Under the pieces are notes generated by a model. The model saw only the letters and a list, made by a program, of their open reading frames with translations, was not told where the DNA came from and made no database searches. 64,000 nucleotides of DNA from Antedon mediterranea. Taxonomy: Eukaryota; Animalia; Echinodermata. Below, in pieces: positions 1 through 13,600 of the stretch; the first letter of the stretch is position 1, and every line of letters begins with the position of its first letter. Location of the stretch: contig NC_092670.1 of assembly GCF_964355755.1 (NCBI RefSeq), positions 30,926,388 to 30,990,387 on the forward strand, read 5' to 3'. A program made the position numbers and the translations under genes.

Positions 1-401
1 AATTTAAGTTAGATTCAAAATAGCACATGCCCCTATGTTGCAATAATAGACCTTGTTTGATGTACCATTAACTCTAAGATATGTACAATTGTTGTTTATA
101 CTTGTGTTGAAATTACAGACGTTCTTTTGATACATGTGTTAAAGACGTTTATATGGTTACAGCGTCTGGACCCGTTCGATTCCCCTTTGAGAGAATAATG
201 ACAATTGTCTATACAGATATTAAGGATCTCATGAAATTAAATTAAATATCAAAATAACTTAATTAATGCAATACCATAGTTTCTAAATTTATTACACACT
301 TTCTTTTAGTTAGAATCAAATATATTTTGTGAAGATAAATTGTTTAAATTTCCAATTGATGTATAAATACTGAATAAATCAACAAAATAAAAAGCTTTTA
401 C

Positions 402-1676
402 CTGATTTAGACTTCTGTATGTGCTTTCACCTTCTGGCATATAGTCTAGTGCCATCATAGTTACAACGTCATCCTGATTTCCTTGGGTGATAAAAGCTGT
501 AATGCGAACTGGTGTTATGAAATTGACAATCACATTCAGAGGAGACTCGCCATTAGCAGAGTACCAAGGTTGGGCATCATCAAGAGCAGATTTGCTACCA
601 TTCTGACCGTCGGATAACTCACGACCACTCTCTAAATAGTCCAGGTTTTCTTTACAAACTTCTACAAAAAAAGATAATTTCCACAATAAAAAAGAGCACT
701 AAATGGACAAACATATTACAAAACAATAGTTTTTCTTCCCTGCTAACAAATATAGTATGGTTTGTTCAGTTTGTCAAACTGTCCAGTGCTTTAGAAATAC
801 ATGTTTAGTAATTAAATATATAAAGTTAGTATTATTTTATTTCAAAATATTATACCTTCTTCGCATCCCAAAACTTCCATTCGTAAGCGTACTTCTTTCT
901 CTGAATTAAATATTCTGAATGAAAGTTGTGAAGTGACAAATGAATCACTCAGAATGTTTGAGTTGTTACTGAAGTCAATGGTGATCAGTGCACTATCACT
1001 ATCACTCACAGTAATAAACTGTAAGAAAAAAAAAACAAGAATTAGTGCTAAAATGCGTTTATATAAACAAACACATGAAATGAATAATAATTGCCATTTT
1101 CTAAGTGATAATCTGAACAGAAACAAATCCAATAGTTGCATATTGCTTGTACAATGAAATTCAGTGTTCCAAAATAACAGGTCATATAACCTCTCTATAC
1201 GGAAGATGATGAATCAGTAAGTCTCTGCTCAGCCCTATGTAAAACATCAAACTAATCGTCCAGGGAATGGAATCTTTCAAAACTGAATTAATTTCTTATG
1301 TAATTTATAATATTAAACAAGTTTATTTTTATCCATAAGGCATACTTATATATGTAAATAATAGAGAAGCAGATGTCGATATGGAAACATTGTTTTTTTT
1401 ATACAATAATTATATATTATCCTACCAGGCTGCTAATGCTAACTGGTGTGTCCGAGTCTTCTGGTAAATAGTACACAAGCATATTATCAACATACGCATC
1501 TGATCCTAGACCACCTCCTAAGATGTTAAATCCTGTGATTCTATAGGTACCATTAAGGTTTACAGTAAGAATTCCTCCAGATGATGCTGTGTAGCCGTAA
1601 ACTCCATTCACATCTGGTTCACTGTCAAAGCTTAGACTTTGTGGAGCATCTAGCATCGGTACAACTTCAGTACAAG
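402..1676 (-). CDS. Discoidin-like domains 28 and N-half of 29
   Basis: Exons 1426-1676+856-1018 (ends LRMEVLGC, the classic F5/8C terminus) and 402-661 (PWYS...ITAFITQGN); the partner exon lies outside the window. Confidence 0.82.
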
Positions 1677-4600
1677 CTAGACATTGAAACAAAGCTTGGT
1701 TACAAAATTGTTTGGAATTATCGAAAAAAAAAAGAATACACATTTCTCTTATTATTATATAGTCAAAACTATTATTTGTTTACAACTCAGGTTAAGCAAT
1801 AAACTCTATATTTAAAGTTGACAAAGGTAATTAATTGATCCTTTACAGTAATATTCATAATTTCAGTATTGTTAATATATAATTACCCGGGATTGATGAT
1901 GTCATTAACATTCCAGTGGTTTGGCTATATGTGGTCGTAGACTGTCCAGTGGTTGATGTGACATTGCTTGCTGTAGTTGTACCACGAGCAGCAGTGGTTG
2001 TAGCTCGTTCAGTAACAGCAGCAGTTGTTGTAGCAATTCCTGCAACAGTAGTAGACTGACGAGCAGTGGTAGTACTCTGTCCAGCAATTGTAGTAGCAAT
2101 TCCTGCAACAGTAGTAGACTGACGAGCAGTGGTAGTACTCTGTCCAGCAATGGTAGTAGGAAGTTTAGCAAGAGTAGTAGACTGACGAGCAGTCGTAGTA
2201 GCCTGTCCAGCAATGGTAGTAGCAATTCCTGCAACAGTAGTAGACTGACGAGCAGTGGTAGTAGCCTGTCCAGCAATGGTAGTAGCAATTCCTGCAACAG
2301 TAGTAGACTGACGAGCAGTGGTAGTACTCTGTCCAGCAATGGTAGTAGCAATTCCTGCAACAGTAGTAGACTGACGAGCAGTGGTAGTACTCTGTCCAGC
2401 AATGGTAGTAGCAATTCCTGCAACAGTAGTAGACTGACGAGCAGTGGTAGTACTCTGTCCAGCAATGGTAGTAGGAAGTTTAGCAAGAGTAGTAGACTGA
2501 CGAGCAGTGGTAGTACTCTGTCCAGCAATGGTAGTAGCAATTCCTGCAACAGTAGTAGACTGACGAGCAGTGGTAGTACTCTGTCCAGCAATGGTAGTAG
2601 CAATTCCTGCAACAGTAGTAGACTGACGAGCAGTGGTAGTACTCTGTCCAGCAATGGTAGTAGCAATTCCTGCAACAGTAGTAGACTGACGAGCAGTGGT
2701 AGTACTCTGTCCAGCAATGGTAGTAGGAAGTTTAGCAAGAGTCGTTGCCTTACCAGCAGTAGTTGTAGCCTGACCAGATGTGGTTGTAGCCTGTCTTGCT
2801 ATAGTTGTAGCCTGTTTAGCTGTAGTTGTGGGCTGGCCAGCAACAGTTGTAACATGAGCTGTTGTTAACTCAATGCTGGATGTTGATCCTGCAATTGTCC
2901 ATACACCAGTTGGACTAACTGTTGGCATCTGAGGTGTAGTACCTTAGCAAAGTTAAATTATATACAGATATCAATAAATAAATTGATATATGCATTTTGT
3001 ATGTAATACAGTACTTATAATGTATTGTAAACATAAATGTGTAATTGTTTGAAAAGAAGGTAATTAATTATTAAAATACATTACATTCCAATACATTCAA
3101 TAACGTAAAAACAAAATCAATTAACATGTTTAAAAAAATTACTTTTTTTAGTTGTTGCTCCTGGTAGTGAGGTTAGTGTCACCAAAGGTCTATTGGTTGT
3201 TATTCTTTGCGTTGTCGTCGATCTTAATGTGGTAATAGCTGGAGGTGCACCACGCGTTGTTACAATGGGTGTGGTGGGAACAGCCGTAGGTGCTTCGGTT
3301 ACAACTGGAATTGATGTTGTTGCTTTAAAACATAAATAATTGGAATCAACAAAATAAAACAAATTCAAAAGTCCAAATATCTAAAATCTAAAAGTTAGAC
3401 TACCAATACCAAGATGTGAACACTGAAAAGACAAATAGTAAATCAAGTGAAGACAGTGTGCAGTAAACAAGATAAAGGAAACCTACCTTTATGACAACCA
3501 AGGACTTCTACACGTAGGCGCAACTTCTCTGGTTCAATGTCAAGAATGCGAATAATCAAAGTCTTAGCTTCAACTCTTGTATCAAAGATAATGGTTTTTG
3601 GAGTCACACTGTCAGTGTTGGCTGATATTATCTGCAAAAAGATTACAGTATTTAATTTTCTGCTAAAATTTCTTAACATATGGCTGCTTTAAGAATGTAG
3701 TCCATGCTGTCACCACTAAAATATGGAATAAAGCTAATAATTAAAAAATAAATATCTTATACAATTTGACTTCATCAAATTTCACAAACTTTGTCATAGT
3801 AAATTTACCTGGTCATTATTTTGAGTAAACACCTGAGGCACAATGACTTCTTCGTTGGTATAATAGATCACAATTGTTTTTGCATATAAATCGGTTTCTG
3901 GTCCTCCACCAAGTACATTAATACCAGTAACCATCATCTCTGATATCAAGTTAATGGTCAAAGATTCAGAATCAACTGGTTGCCAGCCATATGCGCCATT
4001 AATCATTTCGCTATCAAAAAATAACTCTGGTGGTGTATCCTCGGAAAGTGGTAATACTTCTCGACATACATGGCCAGTTGTCTCTGGTTTAGGTGGCAAA
4101 TTGGTAGTAGATATAGATGGAGGTGAACCAGTTGTTTGTGGCATAGTTGATACCACACTTGTAGTTGTCATCCCTGGTGCTACCGTAGTACTTGGTACTC
4201 CAGGTGTTTTCGGAGTTGCTGTAGCAATAGGTGGCTCAAATGTAAGTAGAGGTTTGGTTGTTCTTTCACCAGAAAGAATGCCTGTAGTTGCCTGAAATAT
4301 TCGTGCAGTTGTGGTTGCTCCAACTGTTGTCGTCTGCTCTACAACAGGTGTTGTTGATGGCTGAGCTGGACCAGTAGTCTGTCTTGGAGCCTCTGTGGGT
4401 GACCTAAATGTTGGTAAAGGTTTGGTTGTTCTTTCCCCAGAAAGAATGCCTGTAGTTGCCTGAATTATTCGTGCAGTTGTGGTTGCTCCAACTGTAGTTG
4501 TCTGCCCTTCAACAGGTGTTGTTGAAGGCTGAGCTGGACCAGTTGTCTGACTTGGAGCTTCTGTGGGCGGCTTAAATGTTGGTAGAGGTTTGGTTGTTAT

Positions 4601-7600
4601 TTCACCTGAAAGAATTCCTGTGGTTGCCTGAATAATTCGTGGAGTTGTTGTTGCTATAAAACAAGTGTAATTTAATAAATTACGAAACAAAACAAACACA
4701 TGAAGCACAGTTTATAAAAAAAAAATTTCTTATGAAACTGGAAATTTCCTAACAAATTATCTGTTTAGGTTTTAAGCAATTAAAAAAAGCAGACATTATA
4801 TAAAGATATTTTTAGCTGTCTTAAGGTTTTCCAGTTTGGAGAGAGAAATTGGAAGTAAAGGTACCATACTATAAATAATAAATCTAAGAATATAAAACTG
4901 AAAAAAGACTTTTACTACTACATGATATAAAACATTTCATTAGCAGATAATAAAACTGATTGAAGCGAATAGCTAAAATTGTTCATGCTTAATTTGAGTT
5001 TATGAAAATAAGGATATAAATATTTCACCTTCTAAATGACATCCATAGACTGTAGCTCTCAGTGTAAGTGTTCCAACATAATCCAATATTACAATTCGCA
5101 GTCCAGTTACCAAAGGCAGATTTGGCATAAATGTTTCTATTTTACCACTATTATCTGCAGTCGGTACAATATCAAATACCTAAAAGAAGTATACATTATA
5201 TTAATAAAATAACGATGACAGTATGTATAATGTAAGCATGCGAAGAAATGTTTGTCAAACAAATTTATTCAATAGTTTGTCACCTTTCATGCAGGGGGTA
5301 GGGGGTGGTGGCATAGGTTTAGGTATTAACTGAATTAAAAGCATTACTTGTTGAGATTCTGTGAAATCTGAAGCACCGACTCTTCTAAGGTCAACACGGA
5401 AACGTGTTATAACATTGTCATCTTCTCCTTGAATCACTATGCTAGCTGGTTTAACATTATCAGTAAATGTAAATTCTAGCCACGCATTCTCTACACCAAA
5501 GATATTTGGTGACCAAGGATTAATGCTATCGATTTCGGTGAGAGATGGTGATTGATTATCCGACGTACTCCGTGTTGTTTCAACACCAACATTCATTCCA
5601 ATATTATCTCTGCAGGCTAAAACAAAAAAAAAAAACACGCAAAAAGGCTCAATTTAGCAATAGCTAATTATTAACTATTCTATTAACAATATTAACTCCA
5701 AAAATTGGGCAGGTATTAGCACAATTGAACATGTTTTATTACCATGAATAGTTGTCATCACAGCTTCTGAAGTAGTTACTGGTCTTGTAGTTGGAGCAGC
5801 TGCAGTGGTTGATCTATGGGACAGTGGAATTGTTGTTGCAAGAGCTACTGTTGTTGATGCTTTTGTTGTTCCTGGTGCTACAGAGGTTGTTGATATTACT
5901 GATGTTGTAGCTTCTGTGGGCAAAACTGTTGTGACTTCATGAAGACATCCAAATACTCCAACTCGTAATGTTGGCACAGAATCATCGTACAAAGAAATCT
6001 GGATTCTAATTGCTTCAACAATAGGGAAGTCTTCTGGAAGTTCAAATGCCACTGGTATTGAATTATCCTCAAAGTATGGAACTGTTAATACTTTTTCCCA
6101 TCTAGTCAGTAATAAATCACTGGGTTCCTTGTAGAATAATTGCATAGTTGTTACAGCATCAGGACCATTTCCTTGTACTTGAAGGGCTCTAACACTGACA
6201 GGTGTTTCAAACTCAATATCTACAAATGGATTGGGTTCTTCCTGTAGATTACTTGGATACCATGGTTCCTCGCTGTTGAGTTTGGTACTGTCTGGGTTGT
6301 TTACATTGTCAGAAGTACTTCTGGTGGTTGTCAGTTGTTCAACCTCATCCAAGTTCATTTCACATACTGAATAAAAAATAATATTGATTTTAGAAATTAC
6401 ATTAAAACATTTGTTTGGCTGTGAAATATATTTCTGAAAAAGTATAATAGTTAAAATTAAACCTTACCTGCACTAGTTGTCATCACAGCTTCTGAAGTAG
6501 TTACTGGTCTTGTAGTTGGAGCAGTTGCAGTGGTTGATCTATGCGACATTGGAATTGTTGTTGCAAGAGCTACTGTTGTTGATGCTTTTGTTGTTCCTGG
6601 TGCTACAGAGGTTGTTGATATTACTGATGTTGTAGCTTCTGTGGGCAAAACTGTTGTGACTTCATGAAGACATCCAAATACTCCAACTCGTAATGTTGGC
6701 ACAGAATCATCATACAAAGAAATCTGGATTCTAATTGCTTCAACAACAGGGAAGTCTTCTGGAAGTTCAAATGCCACTGGTATTGAATTATCCTCAAAGT
6801 ATGGAACTGTTAAAACTTTTTCCCATCTAGTCAGTACTAAATCATTGGGTTCCTTGTAGAATAATTGCATAGTTGTTACAGCATCAGGACCATTTCCTTG
6901 TACTTGAAGGGCTCTAACACTGACAGGTGTTTCAAACTCAATATCTACAAATGGATTGGGTTCTTCCTGTAGATTACTTGGATACCATGGATCCTCACTG
7001 TTGAGTTTGGTACTGTCTGGGTTGTTTACATTGTCAGAAGTACTTCTGGTGGTTGTCAGTTGTTCAACCTCATCTAAGTTCATTTCACATACTGAATAAA
7101 AATAATATTGATTTTAGAAATTACATTAAAACATTTGTTTGGCTGTGAAATATATTTCTGAAAAAGTATAATAGTTAAAATTAAACCTTACCTGCACTAG
7201 TTGTCATCACAGCTTCTGAAGTAGTTACTGGTCTTGTAGTTGGAGCAGTTGCAGTGGTTGATCTATGCGACATTGGAATTGTTGTTGCAAGAGCTACTGT
7301 TGTTGATGCTTTTGTTGTTCCTGGTGCTACAGAGGTTGTTGATATTACTGATGTTGTAGCTTCTGTGGGCAAAACTGTTGTGACTTCATGAAGACATCCA
7401 AATACTCCAACTCGTAATGTTGGCACAGAATCATCATACAAAGAAATCTGGATTCTAATTGCTTCAACAACAGGGAAGTCTTCTGGAAGTTCAAATGCCA
7501 CTGGTATTGAATTATCCTCAAAGTATGGAACTGTTAAAACTTTTTCCCATCTAGTCAGTACTAAATCATTGGGTTCCTTGTAGAATAATTGCATAGTTGT

Positions 7601-10600
7601 TACAGCATCAGGACCATTTCCTTGTACTTGAAGGGCTCTAACACTGACAGGTGTTTCAAACTCAATATCTACAAATGGATTGGGTTCTTCCTGTAGATTA
7701 CTTGGATACCATGGATCCTCACTGTTGAGTTTGGTACTGTCTGGGTTGTTTACATTGTCAGAAGTACTTCTGGTGGTTGTCAGTTGTTCAACCTCATCTA
7801 AGTTCATTTCACATACTAAATAAAAATAATATTGATTTTAGAAATTACATTAAAACATTTGTTTGGCTGTGAAATATATTTCTGAAAAAGTATAATAGTT
7901 AAAATTAAACCTTACCTGCACTAGTTGTCATCACAGCTTCTGAAGTAGTTACTGGTCTTGTAGTTGGAGCAGTTGCAGTGGTTGATCTATGCGACATTGG
8001 AATTGTTGTTGCAAGAGCTACTGTTGTTGATGCTTTTGTTGTTCCTGGTGCTACAGAGGTTGTTGATATTACTGATGTTGTAGCTTATGAAAAATAATGT
8101 TGATGTTAGAAATGATACTAAACATTTAGTTTAGCATTTATCTATATTGACAAAAACATGCTAACTTTTCTGGCTGTTTTACTTTATCGTTTTGATTTAG
8201 CTTTTCACTTTTTTTTGTATCTCCATTGAGATCCAGCCACTGATACCCACAGCATTTTCATTTTTTCAATTATTTGCCTTTGGATTTATATATATATATA
8301 TATATTCCTTCCAAATTCCTTCACTTGCACTGATAAAGGGCTAGTGTTGCCCGAAAGCTCTGCTAACTTTTCTGGCTGTTTACTTTATCGTTTTGATTTA
8401 GCTTTTCGCTTTTTATTTTTGTATCTCCATTGAGATCCAGCCACTGATACCCACAGCATTGTCATTTTTTTCAGTAATTTGCTTTTGGATTTATATATAT
8501 ATATATATATAGTTATATTACCTAGACTAGTTGTTACGACTTCTTTTGGAGTAGTAACTGGCCTTGTACTTGGGGCAGCTGCAGTTGTTGATGCTCCTGA
8601 ATGATTGAAAAATAATTGTAAATTATTAATGGAAATGATATCAAAACCTGTAGTCACTAATAGTTATAGTCTAGTATCATTGAAAAAATAATTATTGAAA
8701 GTTGTATTACCTGGACTAGTTGTTACCACTTCTTTTGGAGTAGTAACTGGCCTGGTACTTGGTGCAACTGCAGTAGTTGGTCTTTGAGACAGTAAACTTG
8801 TAGTTGCAAGCACTGTGGTTGTTGGTGCTTCAGATTCTGTTGTTCCTTGTGCTGCAGAAGTTGTAGATATTACTCCTGTTGGGAAAAATAATATTTTAAG
8901 TAGCTTTTACACCATTAGATTTTAAATATTTCGTTTGTTTTTTGCTTGCAAAAATGGCAATAAAAGTAAATGAAAAATATAATAATTCAAATTATAATAA
9001 AGAAGCATAAGAATAATTACCAGAGACAGATGTTGCTACAGATTCTTGAGTTGTTGCTGATAAACCTGTATTTCTTGTACTTGAAGAAGCTGCCATTGTT
9101 GTTGTACGTTGATGGAATGGAGTTGTAGTATGAACTGAAGACAGTCCCGTTGTAGCTCCCACAGTAGTGGTCTTTAGTTCTGAAATAGTAATTTAATAAA
9201 AGTAAAATCCACATGCCATACCCTATCAGAATAATGTTCAAAGCATTGCAAGGGGTCCGGCCGTATGTAAAACTTATACAATATCTTAGAAGATTACAAC
9301 TGTTACAAATTATAACATGTAATAAAAAGCTGTAACACATTTCTGTAGTTTAAGCAGGGTATTAGACTGCATTACACATCTGTATGATCAATTTGCACTA
9401 TTTATGAAAGTTGGGAATACTTGTAATATAAATATACACAAAATTTAGTTTTACCAAGTTTTGTAGTAGGCAAAATGGATAGTGTAGTTGAAGGAACTCC
9501 AGGTCCTTTAGTACTTGCTGAAGCAGTGGTAGACTGTTGAGGTAATGCAGTAGAGGTTCCAACTGGCACTGCTTCTGTTGTAGATCCTATTGTGGTTTGA
9601 ATTTCTGTAAACAAAAAACATTGTCAAGTATTCTATAAATAACAATAACTAAAGTGGATCACATACAAGTACACAAATATTCATGTATTATTACTCATAC
9701 TAGCTTATTATATACTGTATTTTATTTACTGTATAAAAAAACAATTTTCCATTTATCTTCCCTTTAACAACACAAACTTTTAAATAGACTACCATATCAC
9801 ATTTCCACACATGTACATTATACGGATTTTGGCTCCAACATTTCCTGAATAATTAGAATCCAGAGCAAGTGGGAATGACCCAAGACAGCATTGTGGGTAC
9901 CTTGAAGAATGTGATAGGTGGTGTGAAAGAGTACATGCAGCTATCAAATCCATAAGATTGAAACTGAGAAAATCAAGATGGCTGTGAAAGGTGAAAATCA
10001 GATTTGTGGGAAACCTGGTTGCGGCAATCAAATCGGTCAAGTGAACACTCTATGCTACATTGCCACAAACTTCAAAGCACTCTCAGACTAATAGAAAATA
10101 CATTAATATTTATCTGTTCACCTTGTTCTGTAGTTGCTAAAACCGATAATGTTGTTGAGGGAACTCCAGGCCCTTTAGTACTTGGAGCTGCTGCAGTAGT
10201 AGACTGTTGAGGGGACGATGTTCCAACTTGTCCTATTGTGGTTTTAATCTCTGTAAGTTTGAACAAATATCAGTTCATGAGGATAAAACATTCAATACAA
10301 ATATTAATATTTTAAAAATGATCAAAATTGATTGAATATTTCAATATGACACAAATGTTTTATTACCTGAACTAGTTGTAATCACAGGTTGTAGAGTAGT
10401 TGCTGGCCTTGAACTAGTAGTTGTTGCTTTTTGAGACAGAGTTGTCGTTGCAAGCACTGCTGTTGTTCCTGGTGCTGCAGATATTACTGATGTTGTAGCT
10501 TCTGTGGGCAATACTGTTGTGACATCATGTAAACATCCAAATACTCCAACTCGTAATGTTGGCACAGAATCATCATACGAAGAAATCTGGACTCTAATTG

Positions 10601-13600
10601 CTTCAACAACAGGGAAGTCTTCTGGAAGGTCAAATGCCACTGGTATTATATTATCCTCAAAGTATGGAACCGTTAACACTTTTTCCCATCTAGTCAGTAC
10701 TAAATCATTGGGTTCTTTGTAGAATAATTGCATAGTTGTTACAGTATCAGGACCGTTTCCTTGTACTTGAAGGGCTCTAACACTGACAGGTGTTTCAAAC
10801 TCAATATCTACAAATGGTTTGGGTTCTTCCTGTAGATTACTTGGATACCATGGTTCCTCGCTGTTGAGTTTGGTACTGTCTGGGTTGTTTACATTGTCAG
10901 AAGTGCTTCTGGTGGTTGTCAGTTGTTCAACCTCATCCAAGTTCATTTTACATACTGAAAATTAAAAATAAAACAGTAAAAATCATGTCAGATGGTAAAA
11001 ATTTGTTTGCACCACCTTTCAGCTTCAATAATATAATTAAAAGAATTTTAAATTACCTGGGCCAGTTGTCATTTGTACTTTTGGTGTAGTTATTGGTCTC
11101 TTTGTACTTGGAGCTGGTGCAGTGGTTGACTTTTTAGAAAATGGAGTAATAGTTCCAAGTGGAGCAGTTGTTGGTGCTTCTGACTCAGTAGTAACTGGTG
11201 CGGCAGAAGTTGTAGATATTACCGAAACGGTTGTAGATTCAGCTGGTAAAGCTGTTGTTACTTCATGTAAACATCCAAAAACTCCGATTCTTAGTGTTGG
11301 GTTAGTATCTTCATATTTATACATTTCAACTCGTAGAAGCTCAATGGCTGGAAAATCTTCAGGAAGATTAGCATTCAGCAAAACTGAGTTATCGGGTTGG
11401 TCTTGAACAATGATTAATTTATTCCACGATGTCAGCTGTTTAGAATTAGGTTCTTTATAGTACAATCTCAGTGTGGAAACCGAATTGTCACCATCTCCTT
11501 GAATCTGAAGAGCAGTTACGCTTACAGGTACACTGAATGCAATATCTACATAAGGTTTTGTATCTTCTTCTAGATTATTTGGATACCATGGGTTATCATT
11601 GTCAATCTTGGTACTGTCTGGATTTGCTACTTCGTCAGAAGTACTTCTGGTAGTTTTTAACTCTTCAACCTCATCCAAGTTCATTTCACATACTGAAAAA
11701 ATAAACAAAACAGTAAAAATCATGTCAGACGTATCTTTGCACACCTTTGCCACTTCAATGATATGATTTTAAAATGTTAAATTACCTAGACCAGTTGTCA
11801 TGTGTACTTCTGGTGTAGTTATTGGTCTCTTTGTAGTTGGAGCAGGTGCAGTGGTTGATTTTTTAGAAAATGGAGTTATGGTTCCAAGTGGAGCTGTTGT
11901 TGGTGCTTCTGACTCAGTGGTACCTGGTGCCTCAGAAATTGTAGAAATTACTGAAACGGTTGTAGATTCAGCTGGTGAAGCTGTTGTCACGTCATGTAAA
12001 CATCCAAATACTCCAACTCGTAATGTTGGCACAGAATCATCATACGAAGAAATCTGGACTCTAATTGCTTTAACAACAGGGAAGTCTTCTGGAAGTTCAA
12101 ATGCCACTGGTATTGAATTATCCTCAAAGTATGGAACTGTTAACACTTTTTCCCATCTAGTCAGTACTAAATCATTGGGTTCTTTGTAGAATAATTGCAT
12201 AGTTGTTACAGTATCAGGACCGTTTCCTTGTACTTGAAGGGCTCTAACACTGACAGGTGTTTCAAACTCAATATCTAAAAATGGTTTGGGTTCTTCCTGA
12301 AGATTACTTGGATACCATGGTTCCTCGCTGTTGAGTTTGGTACTGTCTGGGTTGTTTACATTGTCAGAAGTGCTTCTGGTGGTTGTCAGTTGTTCAACCT
12401 CATCCAAGTTCATTTTACATACTGAAAATTAAAAATAAAACAGTAAAAATCATGTCAGATGGTAAAAATTTGTTTGCACCACCTTTCAGCTTCAATAATA
12501 TAATTAAAAGAATTTTAAATTACCTGGGCCAGTTGTCATTTGTACTTTTGGTGTAGTTATTGGTCTCTTTGTACTTGGAGCTGGTGCAGTGGTTGACTTT
12601 TTAGAAAATGGAGTAACAGTTCCAAGTGGAGCAGTTGTTGGTGCTTCTGACTCAGTAGTAACTGGTGCGGCAGAAGTTGTAGATATTACCGAAACGGTTG
12701 TAGATTCAGCTGGTAAAGCTGTTGTTACTTCATGTAAACATCCAAAAACTCCGATTCTTAGTGTTGGGTTAGTATCTTCATATTTATACATTTCAACTCG
12801 TAGAAGCTCAATGGCTGGAAAATCTTCAGGAAGATTAGCATTCAGCAAAACTGAGTTATCGGGTTGGTCTTGAACAATGATTAATTTATTCCACGATGTC
12901 AGCTGTTTAGAATTAGGTTCTTTATAGTACAATCTCAGTGTGGAAACCGAATTGTCACCATCTCCTTGAATCTGAAGAGCAGTTACGCTTACAGGTACAC
13001 TGAATGCAATATCTACATAAGGTTTTGTATCTTCTTCTAGATTATTTGGATACCATGGGTTATCATTGTCAATCTTGGTACTGTCTGGATTTGCTACTTC
13101 GTCAGAAGTACTTCTGGTAGTTTCTAACTCTTCAACCTCATCCAAGTTCATTTCACATACTGAAAAAATAAACAAAACAGTAAAAATCATGTCAGACGTA
13201 TCTTTGCACACCTTTGCCACTTCAATGATATGATTTTAAAATGTTAAATTACCTAGACCAGTTGTCATGTGTACTTCTGGTGTAGTTATTAGTCTCTTTG
13301 TAGTTGGAGCAGGTGCAGTGGTTGATTTTTTAGAAAATGGAGTTATGGTTCCAAGTGGAGCTGTTGTTGGTGCTTCTGACTCAGTGGTACCTGGTGCCTC
13401 AGAAATTGTAGAAATTACTGAAACGGTTGTAGATTCAGCTGGTGAAGCTGTTGTCACGTCATGTAAACATCCAAATACTCCAACTCGTAATGTTGGCACA
13501 GAATCATCATACAAAGAAATCTGGACTCTAATTGCTTTAACAACAGGGAAGTCTTCTGGAAGTTCAAATGCCACTGGTATTGAATTATCCTCAAAGTATG

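Noticed and set aside
102-208. Possible second-half exon of discoidin domain 29
   Set aside because: In-frame stop and no LR..V.GC motif; the true exon must lie beyond the window.
1905-2738. Leu-rich 277-aa alternative-frame ORF (and the L/V/Q-rich short ORFs at 18.8-22.9 kb)
   Set aside because: Frame-shifted reading of ACT/GCT-rich tandem repeats; no independent splice or start evidence.
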